Positions 14,443 to 27,786 of a DNA stretch of 64,000 nt are shown piece after piece (the first letter of the stretch is position 1; the number at the start of each line of letters is the position of its first letter). This stretch comes from Felis catus. Lineage: Eukaryota. The notes below the pieces were generated by a model. It had not been told where the DNA came from and ran no database searches. It saw only the letters and a program-made list of their open reading frames with translations. The stretch is from assembly GCF_018350175.1 (NCBI RefSeq), contig NC_058368.1:159404001-159468000 (forward strand), written 5' to 3'. Both the position numbers and the translations under genes were made by a program.

Positions 14443-16899
14443 TTTTACACACACTGGCAAAGGAAAACTGACTCCAAATAATTCAAGAAATGCATTGAGC
14501 TAATTTCAGTATATGCCCTGAGAGAAATAAACCATTTTATTGAAAAATCAAAATGGATGGCCTTTCTTTCAATGAATCCTCATGAAACTGTTACAAGAAG
14601 CATTCTATTTAAGAAGTACATTGAACATAGTATAATGCAGAATATGTTTTTTATTATAATATGTATTGATAAATATAGGTTAGTTTGATCTGTCTTCCCC
14701 ATGATCTTTTACAAAACTGGAAGGTTCTGAGAAACAACAAGTAAGTTGTTTCACCTAAGTTGGAGGTCTAGAATTGCATATGAATTAACAGTAAGGGATA
14801 AAAAATATTTTGGCTTCAAACTTAAGTCCACGTGTGTTAAGAGTGGATTATAAAACACACAAGAACAAGTGATCTTTCATACTGCTTGGCAAACTAAATG
14901 TAAGCATCTTAATATAGGAACTGTAAAATAATATTGCACATTTTTGTTGCTCCAACAAGTACCTTGCATTATTTTAAATAAAATTTTGACTGAAGGAAAA
15001 TGATTACATCAATGCCTCAAAGCCTACTAAAGAAAGGGGGAATATTTTCCACAGAGAGACACTGGAAGTACTTGTTCCTGCCTTTGAAGAGATGTCTGTA
15101 TGTCATGGTGAAGTCATCTAGGTTTTAGGAAGAGATAAGACAGCTTATAGTTCCTGTAAGATATCTCATATTCCTCTACTATTTCCACAATAGAAGAATT
15201 TATAAATCTCTTTAATCCATGTTCAAACCACTTTACCCCATACAGTCTTTAAGACATCTGCTTACCTCTAGTAACAAATGAAGAGAAGGACCCCTTGTGA
15301 GCATAAATCAGGACTCTCATCACTGGGGATTATATGAAGAACTAAAAGAAAACATTTTGACATGGGTACTGAATGCATTTATGGAGGAGTCAGAGATTGG
15401 AGCAACCAGCCCCTTGCCAACAGTCCCCTTCCTGAATGGTCCCTGTCTCGAGATCCTTTGGGATGAAAGTCCTCATGGGGTCAAAAACTGCTTTCTTGTA
15501 TGCAGTACTTGGACATGTTTTCAGCACAAGCCACCATTCCCCTGACATGCTATCTTTCAGATTCTGGTCTTAGCTAAACCACCCCTGGCAAGGAGTGATC
15601 TGTATGTGAGATATAATGAAGTCCTCTGAACAACTGGCTTCTAAAACCCCGGTCCTGCTGGGTGCAGTTGAGTTTTTTTAGCAAGACATTAAGTCACTGA
15701 TTTTGCAATTTTAAGAGCATCACTGTAAGTTGTTTACAGAATTACTTGCTGTTTTTCAAAGAGTCAGGACCAAAAGTTGAATGCTTCAGAAGTGTTTTAT
15801 CTTTCAGACATGATGATTCCTGCTCAGCGTACCCACTTCCCTCTCTAAAATCAAAGGAAATATTACCCGTGGGTGTAGTGTGCCTCTGCCAATTTCATTT
15901 TTCATTAGAGCCAATCAAAAAAAGATTATGGCATCTTTTCTTTTGAGCAGACTTCTCTCTTCTTGAACATGGGTCTACTTAGCCAATTATTGTGAACATA
16001 CAGATCTTTACTGGATATGATTTACTATCAACAATGACAACCTATCCCTGAGAAGCTGACTCATGTAAAAGAAATTCTTTTAGATTTAGATTTTTAAGAA
16101 AGGTAGCAAAGACATCCTTCTATAGGGAAAAATCCCCTTTAAATGGCCTACATAGAAGTTGTGTTTTCTAATTGTGTGGGAGATGTACCCAGCAGTGCCT
16201 GACACCTGTGTCAGTGGGGAGGGCCCATTAGTGTTGTAGTGGTGACCAGGGTCAATTGACCACGTAAGAAATACCAGGTGTACATGCCCCAGGCCAGTCT
16301 CACAGGCAGGCTCTGTTCTCCCAAATAAAGCTGAGAACAGAATGTCAGTGATGTACAACCTTGAGGGAGCTAGTTCTAACAGTGTTGTGTATCCAACTGT
16401 GTTGGAAATTACCCAGGGAAGCCTGTTTCAACAGGACTTCTAGCTGCAGTTGTAGGTCCAAAAGGTTCAAGGGAGTCTTTGAACTTGAGGATGCCTATCA
16501 TTCCCAGGTTTTGAAAGCTTCTAAGAACTGCTACCTGCCAGTTGCCAGGAAACTGAGAAAGGAAGTTAATAAGCTAACTCACTTCAGGTATAATTTATTG
16601 CAGTTCATGTTTTTCCCTGTCTTTTTTGCACATTTGGAATGCAGTGTTACCTCAGGAAGATCTATTCCCCAGAATGTATTTTGAATCTCTTTTCTAATTC
16701 TTGCTTCATAGAGTTCCACAATCTCTGAAAACTATGTACCTTTAGTTATTCTTGTTTTTAAAATTTGTTTGGGATCTAGCCATAATCCAGCTCATAGTCA
16801 CACCTATGGAGTAATAGATATGTAGTCTAATAGGTTCACCTTACTGCCTACTGACTATTCTAGTGGTGTGCCTAGATGGTTGCCCAGTATGACAAGTGA

Positions 16900-17090
16900 A
16901 GAAATTGAGTACAAGAATCAGAAACTGGAATGTGAGACTGCACTCCACAATTACTACTGTAGGAATTTTCTTAACCTCTCTAAGCTCCCATTTTACATGT
17001 AAAAAATGGACATGATAAAGTATGCCCTATATCTCCAGAAGCTGGCATATGAATCGAAGAACAAGTTATTTAAAAGTACTTTGTTAGAGG
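16900..17090 (+). mobile_element. MIR fragment
   Basis: ttaacctctctaagctcccattttacatgtaaaaaatgg resembles the MIR core. Confidence 0.6.
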
Positions 17091-18393
17091 CAACATATTA
17101 CAAAAGTGAACATTTTTTGAAGGTACTGATAATTCTGGGGCTGTTTCAAATTTAGGAGTCTCCCATTAAAGATCTTATCTCTTGGGCCTCTTGTATCTAC
17201 ATGATTATATAATTTTCTTCTCTAGATGATTGTTATATACGTAGGAAGGAAGGCACTTGACATAGGGAAATAGCAAAATGAAAATATTTGCCTCCCTAAT
17301 TCTTGCTCCCCTGGGGAGTGCACTGCCCAGGTGACAGGCCAGATAAGAAACATATAGTAAAAATTGCAAAAAAAAATGTTTCATGATTTTGAGCCTCTAT
17401 TCTGAAAAAAAAAGTTATTACACTATGGGAAACATGTTATCTTGAAGAAAAAATCCATTACTTAAAAGGATCCATTAAATAAAATCGAAATGGAATAACT
17501 TCTAGTGGGGTAAGGCCATAGAGGTAGTTAGAGAGATGTTTTCAAAGCCTCTGATGTTCTACATTCCGTGAACATACATAAGTCATAGAAAACATGATTC
17601 TTGCCCTCAAGGGGTGTACAATTCAGTGTACCGGATACCTTTGATCTAACTTAACCACAAATTGGCCAATGAAATGATTGCTAATAAAGCAAATGAATAT
17701 TAGCTATGTTTTATGTTATTACTGCATATTACTTATGAGTTAATTATGGATGAAAATGAAAAGTATATGACTGCTGAGTTGACCAATGTGGTTTTAAAAT
17801 ACTACTGATTTTCTGCTTTCATTTTTGTATCACCCTAAAGTTATCTTATACAGTTTTCCTCTTCATTTGAATGATCTAAATAATTTAATCATAATTGGAA
17901 ATTATTTCTATTATATTTCTTGCCTTTTATTTGAGTCCCAAAATGTCAGTTTCTTTACTAAAATTATTTGAAGAATCTAAGATACTTCCTTTTCCCAGGT
18001 AGGCCTCCAACGTAAGAGTAATCTCTCCTAGCTCATAGCTATTTCCTTTTTGCTACTCAAGGTTACTTTTTTTTTATTTTTTGGCTATTTCTGCATTTTT
18101 TAGTCTTTCAAGAGTACTCAGTTGTAACTACAACTTACTGTGAAGATAGAGTATTTATTCTTTTTCTGTTTCAAACACTTATAGACCCAAAGAAAGAACA
18201 TTGTGAATTCTTAATTTAAAAAAAAAAAGCATCCAGAGGAATAAATATTATTTACAAAGTAAAATATTCCCTGAAAATAATACAAAAACTGAAGCTTGCA
18301 AAAAACAGAAATTTTTCAAAAATGAACATAAATCTAAATTCAATCCATTAATAATGGAGAAAAAGAAACTTTTTAAAAAGTAACTAAAGGTAA

Positions 18394-18432
18394 GGGGCAC
18401 CTCGGTGGCTTAGTTGGCTAGGTGTCAGACTT
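18394..18432 (+). mobile_element. CanSINE head fragment (3'-deleted)
   Basis: ggggcacctcggtggcttagttggctaggtgtcagacttcg, then an abrupt end. Confidence 0.7.
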
Positions 18433-18847
18433 CGACTTTATGGACTTTCCAGTACTTGACCTGACTGTCTTTCCAGGATTTAGCACAAAAGGAGCAAGCA
18501 AAAAACACCAATCACCGAGTTTCTCCCTGGAAGGATTCTAACTCCATGATCTTCCAGCTGCTCTCTGAATGTCCAGCTTCCAATCATCCTATATCAAGGT
18601 GCTGATTATAATCCTCCCCATTGGGACACTAACAGATCTTGGCACAGCCTCAACTACCGGGAGCCACTAAGAACAAAGAGTGGCTTTGATGAACATGGAT
18701 CATCAAAAGGTTTGAGAAACAACCAAGACCTCGGCCTGGGCTGAGTGATAAAGTTAATCTCCTGCATGAGACCACTCTATCAAGACTAAGAAAGGTGACT
18801 TTTAATCTTAGGACCAGAAACCACACAGATTAAAAAAGAAGAACAAC

Positions 18848-19017
18848 AAGGAGAAGGAGAAGGAGAAGGAGAAGGAGGAGAAGGAGAAGGAGAAGGAGAA
18901 GGAGAAGGAGAAGGAGAAGGAGAGAAAGAAGGAGAAGAAAGAGAAGAAGAAGAAGAAGAAGAAGAAGAAGAAGAAGAAGAAGAAGAAGAAGAAGAAAAGA
19001 GAAAAGAAAAAGAAGAA
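18848..19017 (+). repeat. 170-nt pure purine (GAGAAG)n/(GAA)n tract
   Basis: No pyrimidine between 18848 and 19017. Confidence 0.95.
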
Positions 19018-19537
19018 TATCCAAAAAAAGAACAAAATAAAACTCCAGAAGCAGACCTTATTGAAAAGGACAGAAGTGATTTATCTCATAAAGAGTTTGA
19101 AATAATGGTCATAAAGATGCTCACTAAGGTCTGGAGAGCAACGCATGAACAGAGTGAGAATTTCAACAAAGAGAAAATAAACAAAAATGCCAAAACAAAT
19201 TACATGGCTGAAGAATACAATAACTGCACTGAACTGGTCAATAGAGGGGTTCAAAAACAGACCAGATCAAGTGGAAAAATGGATCAGTTAACTCAAATAC
19301 AGGGAAATGGAATTCACCCAATCAGAGGAGCAAAAAGAAAAAAAAGAATGAAATAGAGGCAACAAAAGCAAAAATAAACAAGTTGGACTATATCAAAATA
19401 AAAATCTTCTATACAGCAAAGAAAACCATCAACAAAATGAGGCAACCTTGTGGAATGCGAGAAAATATTTGCAAACCACATATCTTAAATACATAAAGAA
19501 CCCATACAGTTCAATAGAGAGAAAAAAAAAAAGAAAC

Positions 19538-19686
19538 AAGATGCCTGGGTGATGGAGTCCATTAAATGTCTGGCTCTTGAGTTTGGCTCACAGGTTCGAG
19601 GCCTGCATAGGGATTCCATTTGGAATTCTCTCTCCTTCTCTCTCTGCACCCCACCCAAAATAAATAAATAGACATTTAGAAAAAAA
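19538..19686 (+). mobile_element. Older degenerate CanSINE inserted in the L1
   Basis: gatgcctgggtg...ctcttgagtttggctca...ttctctctccttctctctctgc...aaaataaataaa. Confidence 0.7.
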
Positions 19687-20135
19687 TCAATCTGATTAAA
19701 AATGGGCAGAAGAACTCAATAGACATTTTTCCAAAGAAGACATACAAGTGGCCAGTAGATACATGAAGAGGTGCTCAACATCACTAATCATCAGGGAAAT
19801 GCAAATCAAAACCACAATGAAATGTTACCTCACACCTATTAGAATGGCTATCCTCAAAAAGACAAGAGATAACAACTATTGTCAATGATATGGAGAAAAG
19901 GAAATACAAATTGGTGCAGCCACTATCGAAAACCATATAGAGTTTCCTTAAAAAAAATGTTTAAAGTAAAAGTATCATATGATCAAGTAATCTCAGCTCT
20001 GGGCATATATCCCAAGAAAATGAAATCAGCATCTTGGACAGATAGCTGCACTGTTGTATTCATTGCAGTATTATTCACAATAGCCAACATATGGAAACAA
20101 CCTGTGTCCATCTTGGATAAATGGATAAAAAAGAT

Positions 20136-20136
<1 letters not shown>

Positions 20137-20171
<35 letters not shown>
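20137..20171 (+). repeat. (TG)n microsatellite
   Basis: Visible repeat. Confidence 0.95.
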
Positions 20172-20175
<4 letters not shown>

Positions 20176-20875
20176 AGACTAGGAAAGTGATTGCTAGGAC
20201 AAGGACATCAGGAAATGAGGAAAGTTTGAGAAAAGGGTTTAAACTTTCAGCTATAATATGAATTAATTCTGGGAATCTAATGAATATCATGGTGACTATA
20301 GTTGATAATGCTGTATTATATAATTGAAATCACTAAGAAAAGAGAAATTAAAATTTCTCATATAATATATACACATACATAAATATTTGAAGTGATGAAT
20401 ATGTTAAGTAATTGGATGAGAGGAATCTTTTCACAATGTACATCAAATCATCACAATATGCATGTTAAATATATTATGATTTTATCAGTATAACTTCAGT
20501 AAAGTTGAAAAAAGTGAGATGCATAGCTGAGATAAATGAAACCAAAAGGATCAGATAAATTATAAACATATTCAAATGGGATTAGCAAAAAGTAAGAATT
20601 TTAATGACAGTCTAAAGAGTTCAGTGCATTTCAGAGTTAATTTAGTAGGTATGATGAAGACTCAAATTTGTTTAAAGATATATTAAATAAGGTACAAAAC
20701 TTTTCATATATATATGAAGCTAGCATCTTCATGTGTACATTCATTTCAATACCTGAACATAGAGAAACAACATTAATGTGAATGGATAATTATGTAAAAT
20801 TGCAGCATCTAACTAATGCAGCATTTTGAAAATGAGTGTTTTGGAATTCCATGGTCTTAAAACCAAGACAATGTC

Positions 20876-20876
<1 letters not shown>

Positions 20877-20931
<55 letters not shown>

Positions 20932-21096
20932 TCAAATCCAAGTTAGTTAACGTATAGCATAATCATGGTTTCAGGAGTAGAGTTTAGTGATGAATCACTT
21001 ATATATAACATCCATATATGTTGAGTCATCCCAACAAGGTCCCTCTTTAATGCCCATTATGCATTTAGCCCATCCCTCCATCCAACATCCCTCCAG
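20877..21096 (-). mobile_element. 5'-truncated carnivore L1 3' end with a (TTTC)n-expanded tail
   Basis: (TTTC)n at 20877-20932, then ccaagttagttaac...gtttcaggagtaga...tcactta, the L1_Carn-type 3'UTR. Confidence 0.85.
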
Positions 21097-21177
21097 AGAC
21101 ATTTTGTTTTCTTAAAATTAGGTGCTTTTGGAAACTAATAATAGCTTCACATATAGATGTAATCAAGGTATAAAGAA

Positions 21178-21345
21178 TAGTATTTTTCAAACATCTCTAC
21201 ACATTGGAATCATATGTGGAATTTTTGAAGACACTAATGCCTAGAACACACATCTAGAAACTCAGATTTAACTTGTATGAAGATAAGGATTTTTTGAAAT
21301 TCCCTCAGTGATAACAATGTACAATCACATTTGAGAACTAGTGAT
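21178..21345. mobile_element. MER5-type hAT-Charlie DNA transposon relic
   Basis: Terminal-like tagtatttttcaaac ... tttgagaactagtg; internal cattggaatca and ttccctcagtgat motifs. Confidence 0.65.
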
Positions 21346-23119
21346 GCAGAAAGAATAGGAATATCAGTTGATACTTGTTTACATGACTACAATAAGCTAG
21401 CTTAGTACAATCACTTTCTCAATGCACTCTCAATTTATTTTCCAGCTGGGACTGAAATTATTGGCCAGAGAGTGTTTATGCAACTAGTAACAGTCATTCC
21501 AATTAAACATTAGCAATGATTTTCTTTCTATAGGGTTACACAGTAGTGTCTGATATTCTGAACAGGTGCCTGAATTAATGTGAATTTGCAGTGACAAATA
21601 TCAACAGAGCTGCTGATTAAATATGCCAATGCTACTTACTGACGATGGTTGCCAGGTCTCTCCTTCGGGACTGACTGTCAGCCACCAAAAACAATTAATA
21701 ATGAAAATCTGCTACTCAAATTTGCTACATTAAGATTTTCAAAACGATTTTGATATTCCTAGTGATAACAATACTCTTTTCATCAAACAGAAAACATATT
21801 TAGGCAAACATTAACTTTAAACTAATGAATAGTAGTTGAGAATTTTATAAAATCTGCAAGATATGCCTCAAAGATCATATAATACACTATAACTCTTTCA
21901 CTGATGAAGAGTCCCAAGAGATGACAAAATTTCCGTATTGGCACATACCCAAATGAGGAGAAAAAGTCTCACCTGATATGAACATCTCTCTATTCTTTCT
22001 GTAATAGAACACCTACTCTTGGAGATTTTCAAATACTACAAGTAAAAAGTCATTAGTTGCTGGAATCAAACATTTCTATAAACCTAAAGATCGTTTAACA
22101 GCCTTAATGAAAACATAAGTTAATTTCTTAGAGCTCTTAGTTTTCTCATAGCTGAACTTTAGATCAATCCAAGTTAACTACTAAAATTAAGTGACTAACA
22201 TTTGAATTTCTCGAAAGCTTGCATCAAATTTCCCCAGATATAGTTCCATTAATTGAATGCATTCCTTTAAAATTGTTGACTGGCATATTAATTTCCATTT
22301 CTTAAGGAAGATATTTTTTAAGTATACCTCCACTTTGGATCAAGAGTTCCAATATTCCATCTATCTAATGGGAGACAGGGGAGCCAGTCCAAGCCCCAAT
22401 TTCCATTTATGGAACAGGGTTCATGAAGCATGGCTTTCATCCATGGAACAGCTTACACAGCACTATTGTAGGGCTGTTCTTTATTGTAGTTTGGAGTGTT
22501 CTCAAGGTCTCACTAATACTCAGGCCAGTGTGGTTAGCCTCTAAACTTCTATTTTAGTTACTAGTGTCTCCCTTTTGCCCCCATGTACCATTATTTTTGG
22601 CCTTAGTTAATGCTTCTTGACAAATATTACTATATTCACAGCTTCATATTGAAACAAAATTCTAGTCAATGCAGCTGCCTTTACAAGTCTTTATTTGACC
22701 TTTCCTGTGACTATCTTTCACTGGTAGAATTATGGAACAGCAAAGGACCCTATTTCTATGTGAACCTCCAAAATCTCAAAACCAGAATAGGGGATTCCTC
22801 TATACATTTTAATGTAGTAAATTGTATGGTCTCCCATAATCAGGCATTGCTATCTGTTGTGCTATTTCTAAATATATGACTCCATATTTCTCTAATATCC
22901 TGTCCTTGCTGTTCATTGATTTTTTTCAAGTATTTTAGAAAATAAGACCAATTATAAAAATGAAATTCCTATATAACATTGAAGACTCAAGGTTTTGTTT
23001 ATTTTATTTTGTTTTCCGGAACAGTCAGCCTCTAAGTCTTTTTCTTATTTGCTGTTTTAGTTATTGGTGGCTTGTTTGACCCATTATGTCATTCTTGCCT
23101 CAATTTAATTTTCCTGGCA

Positions 23120-23330
23120 CCCAAGACCTGAGTTTGAATTTCAGCACGCCATTTCCTAGCTGTGATTCTCAGAAATATATTTATTTAAACTCATAATTTC
23201 AGGGTTCCTCTTAATACAAATGAAACTAATAATAGTACTAGTCCCAATAAATTATTGTTAGGGTTAAATGTAAAGCCCACAGCATGATGTCTGGTGCAAA
23301 GTAGAATTTTTAAATGTTAGTTATTTTTAT
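23120..23330 (+). mobile_element. MIR
   Basis: gacctgagtttgaat...ctagctgtga...taataatagtac...tctggtgcaaagtag. Confidence 0.7.
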
Positions 23331-24909
23331 TGTTTGTACATTTGGAGATAATTGTAAGGTCAAACTCCAATTTTGACTTCTATGACCAGTGAAAACCTTA
23401 TGTCCTGTTCCAGGGGAAAGAAGGATTCTAAGTTTTTAGTTGTCTCCTGTCACTATAACAAGAAAAAAAAAGTAGTCATTGTAATCAAAAAGGTCAGTGC
23501 TACTCTGGGTTTAATGTTCATGGACTCCACACTACTGTACTAGCTACATGTTGTTAAAGCAATGAGAAGTTAGCACAAAAAAGCAGCAAAGGGTAATATG
23601 CTCTCAGTAGCTCTCAGTTTGTGTTTTGTTTTGCTTTGCTTTGTTTTGTTTTGTTTAGGAAACTCATGTATTTCATTCATAGTTTTCAGTTGTTTTTGCT
23701 GAAGAACATTTCCTAGCTGTCTGATGTTTTTAGGGTGTGTTCTCTTTTCTGTTCAAAATGTTTAATTGATATATACAGAGCCTGCTGTGTTATAATAGTA
23801 TAAATACCAAAACCAAAAAAAAATCTAGGTTATCCTTTTCTAGCAAAAAAAAAAAATCAAATAGTATACCAATGGCTTTGTTTCTTCCATATTATAACCT
23901 CAAGTATAATAGACTTCCATATACTTTTCATATTTTTAAGGTTATATAATGTTTTACCAAAAATTTATATTGTCTATGAAAGACAATGTGAAGTAAATCA
24001 CAAGTCCACTGTACTACCCTTTGTTTTGCACATTTGTGTAACTATACAACGTGACACATCCCTTTTTAGAGGGTATTGAAATTGCAGGTATCTTCATCAT
24101 GATTTCAATTCTAATACAAATATATCTACATCTTTTCTTTTAAAGGATAATTTAAATAGACAATACAAAAACTTGTTATGTTTATAAGTTTTCTCATACT
24201 CTTCATAAATAAAAAAGCCTCAGGTAAGAAGACAAAGTCAAAACCAGAGAATTAATAAGGCTGAAAACTAAATAATTCCTCAGGTAAATGAGATATGATA
24301 CACCAATATTAAGGATTTACCTAAAATAAGAATTAAAAGAACATCTGAGAAATAGTGCAGAAAATCAAACTAGAGAGGAGTTAGTTAGGCCCCAAAGTGA
24401 AAGTAATAATCCTCCTCCATAAGTCAATAAAGGAGGAGATTATAGTAGTTCCGAAAAGAGGTCAGAAATCCAAGAAATCCAAGAAAGATGAAAATAAGGA
24501 TTTCAGTGTGATTCAGTTTAGCACCTAAACTGAGAGAAAAAAAAAAAAAAAAAAAAACTATAGTCTTTCCTGATGGACATTCAGGTATCAAAAAAATAAA
24601 TCATTTATTTGCACTGCAGGCCAGAAAAGTTGAGAGGTAATATGCAAAGTTGACAGTTTGACAGGCTTACGTAGGTGTGGGAAACTTGGACTAAGAATTT
24701 GAGACTTCTTAATTGATGAATTTATAATTAATGAAAATGGGAGGAAATTCACAATGATTGATGGCTTTACTGTCAAAGTTAGGCTGAAAGAGTTGCTAAT
24801 ATCAACAGGAGGTCAATATAATGAAAACACTACATATTTCTTTAAAGTTTCCCAGGTTATGAGAATTTTCTGATACTCTATTTGAGACTCTAAAGGATTC
24901 TAAAGCAGG

Positions 24910-25340
24910 TGTGACAGGCATTATTATTTCACCTTTACAGAGAATGAATTGAACCTCAGAGAAGGATTTTCCTAAGCTAACAGTCATAATTAGAACTCTA
25001 ACTCAAGTTTTTGTTATTGTTTTAACTAAAAGTCTTACACTCTTTCCAATGTGCTATACACGAAAAGAAGTGGGGGGAAGGGTATATAAATATGCATGTT
25101 GTAAATAGACAATTTTTAAGAATGTTACATTTGTGATTCAGTTTATTCCTCATTAACAACCCAACATTAATCAATAATAAAAACTACCATTTATTATGAG
25201 CCTATTATTCTATTATGCATCATATACATCTATTATCCCGAAGTGTTTACAATAGCACTGCAAGGTAATATTGGTATTTCTGTTATAAAGGTCAGAAAAG
25301 TGATTCTCAAGAAATATTAGGTGACTAGTCCATGATCATT
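24910..25340 (-). mobile_element. Two MIR fragments
   Basis: attattatttcacctttacagaga...tgaacctcagagaag; actaccatttattatgagccta...aaagtgattctcaaga. Confidence 0.6.
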
Positions 25341-25369
25341 AATCCATCAAAGTATCTTTCCAAAACACA

Positions 25370-25810
25370 CATTTATCATATCACCTGACACCTCTGTTAA
25401 ACTCTCCAATGGATCTCTAATGATATTAAGATAATGATTTCCTATGTACAATCTTGACCTTCTTCCTTCTCCAACTTCATATTAACACATGATCCTTCTT
25501 GCTATCATTCCTGCCCCCTCTCTTTGCACATAACTCCAGCCTCCTTCATTCAATTAATTCATTTCCTCAGAGAAGCCTTCTTGACTAAGCCAGTCGCTAC
25601 TATCACTTTCTCTCATTGTTTCTCTCATATAATCTCTTTTATAGCACTTATAATAGTTATGATTTTATATTTATGTGTAAAATTATTGGAGTATTGTTTC
25701 TTTTCACCCCCAACTATGAATTGGATGAGGACTAGGACTCTTTTTTTCTTATCATTTTATCCCTAGTTCCCAGTAAAGTGCTGGCCACAAAAGTCTTTTT
25801 AAAATAAAGA
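25370..25810 (+). mobile_element. L2 fragment
   Basis: atttcctcagagaagccttcttgac...tttatagcactta...cagtaaagtgctggccaca. Confidence 0.6.
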
Positions 25811-26409
25811 TTATTTATTTTATTCAACATACATTTGTAGAATAGTACAATTTAATGTACCATAATAAAATGATAGAATGTACCAGTATAAAACAAACAT
25901 TATTTTGGATGAATCTGCTCTTTGATAAAGTAACTGTCATTCTTGATGTATATCTTCTTAGTTATTCTACCTTGTCTTATGTAGGTGAGGAATTTTTCAA
26001 CATATTAGTAGAAAAGAGTTTTTCTAAGTCTTCTTGTATGTCTTTAATTTCCTTCATCCTTCAAATATCAATCAAAATAAGCATTATTTACAGAGATGAT
26101 GATGATGATCATTCATTGCTTTCACCCAACTCAAAGGAATTATTCAATTGTACATATTTCTATGATAACTTGGTTTTGCTAAAATATTTCTGTTTTAAAA
26201 TATCACTCTTAAACATGAATCTCTTTAGCTAGTAAATTTAGATTCTCCATTGCAGAACCCATGTCGAATTCACCTTTCTGACTGCCATAGTTCTAGAAGA
26301 GTGACATCCACATAGTCAGGACTCAAGAAATTCAGATTAACAGAAAGCTAATGATTACAGAGTCATCGTGGTGAGGATTGTCGTTATTTATTTCTATTTA
26401 CCAATAGAA

Positions 26410-27323
26410 TTTCGTATTTTTTGATGCGTGCATTCCAACCTCAATTCTCCAACACCAACTTGATGTCCAACAGTTCAATTCAACTCTAATACTTACAACC
26501 AGGGTTAGCATCAGACTCCACAGGTTTAAGAACTTAAGGAGCATCTGGGTGGCTCAATGGATTAAGCGTCCAACTTCAGCTCAGGTCATGATCTCACAAG
26601 TTAATGGGTTCAAACCCTGCATCAGGCTCTGTGCTCCCAGCTCAGAGCCTGGAGCCTGCTTCAAATTCTGTGTCTCCCTCTCTCTCAGCCCTTTCCCTGC
26701 TCACACTCTGTCTCTGTCTGTCTCTCAAAACTGAATAAACTTTAACATTAAAAAAAAAAAAAAGAACTTAATACCACAAGCCTGCCCTCACTTCAGATGA
26801 CAGGGATCACATCTACTTCTAACTGATGGCTATAAATTTGGGGTTCCCATGACTGCCCTCAGATCTGATAAGTTACTAAGTCAACAAACAGAACTCTGAA
26901 AATCCTCTATTTATGATTACAGTTTCTTACAAAGGATACTAGTCGGGAACAACCAAATGGAAGAGATGTTTAGGGCAGAGTTGTAGGGGTTAGAGCTTCC
27001 ATACCCTCTCCAGGCATTCACTTTCCCAACACATCTATATATTCTCCATTCCAAAACTCCTGGAGCCTCATTGTTTCAGGAGTTTTATAAATTAAACTCC
27101 TGTAATGATTGAATAAATTATTGACCACGTGACTGAACTCGGTCTCCAATCCCTCTCTCCTCCCCAAAGGTCCATCATGAGTTGAGACTAAAAGTACCAA
27201 CTTCTTAATCATGTGGTTGACTTGTTATGAGTTATAAAAGGCACTCCTATCACCCAGGAAATTCTGAGGTGTTTAGGACCTCTGTGACAAGATCAGAGAC
27301 AAAGACCAAAGGCATATGCCACA
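26410..27323 (-). mobile_element. MER21-like ERV LTR, interrupted by a SINE
   Basis: caattctccaacaccaact...gttagcatcagactccacaggtttaag...ggctataaatttggggttcccatgac...cagagacaaagaccaaa. Confidence 0.75.
26538..26761 (+). mobile_element. CanSINE (felid) nested in the LTR
   Basis: Full body; TSD aagaacttaa at 26528-26537 and 26762-26771. Confidence 0.95.
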
Positions 27324-27786
27324 TGCAGGAATTGGGAGAGAAAGTTGGTTAGAAGCCAAAGTCCTGCTCCCACCCTTGCTGCTCATATCACATGTTGAGG
27401 AACTCTGGCAAAAATGAAATAGATTGTCCTCCAAATTTAAGAATGTGAGTTCAATAAAATAATCTTTATTTCAAATTATTTTTAGTAAACTGTAAAATGT
27501 CTTAAAAACAACATAAAAATATTCAAGTACTGATTTTAGGATCAAAAATAACATGTCAACAATTTCAAAATAATTCTCACTAATAAATCATATATATTTT
27601 GGGAGATATAGAAAAGGTATAGCATTTATAAATGAGCTTTAATTCTGAAGAAATTCTCCTTCTTTCCTCAAAAAACACAACCATCAACTAAGGGCTACAG
27701 AAATACAAAGGTCAATTGTTCCATATCTCCATGTGGCAGGAACATTTTAAAATCCAGTTCAGACTTGACTGATTCTGGCACTTCCA

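Larger units (their letters stand above)
18440..20515 (+). mobile_element. Old L1 remnant(s): 5'UTR/ORF1 N-terminal part (to ~19356) abutting the ORF2 3' part and 3'UTR
   Basis: EF.IMVIKMLT ORF1 motif near 19090-19130; ORF2 motifs (gacatttttccaaagaagacatacaa, cactaatcatcagggaaatgcaaatcaaaaccaca); L1MA-like 3'UTR to ~20515. Confidence 0.85.

Noticed and set aside
15297..16684. Several 66-107 aa ORFs in unique sequence
   Set aside because: No family similarity or exon structure that I can support; several start at non-ATG codons
18808..19035. Poly-Phe / poly-Leu ORFs
   Set aside because: Translation of the purine microsatellite
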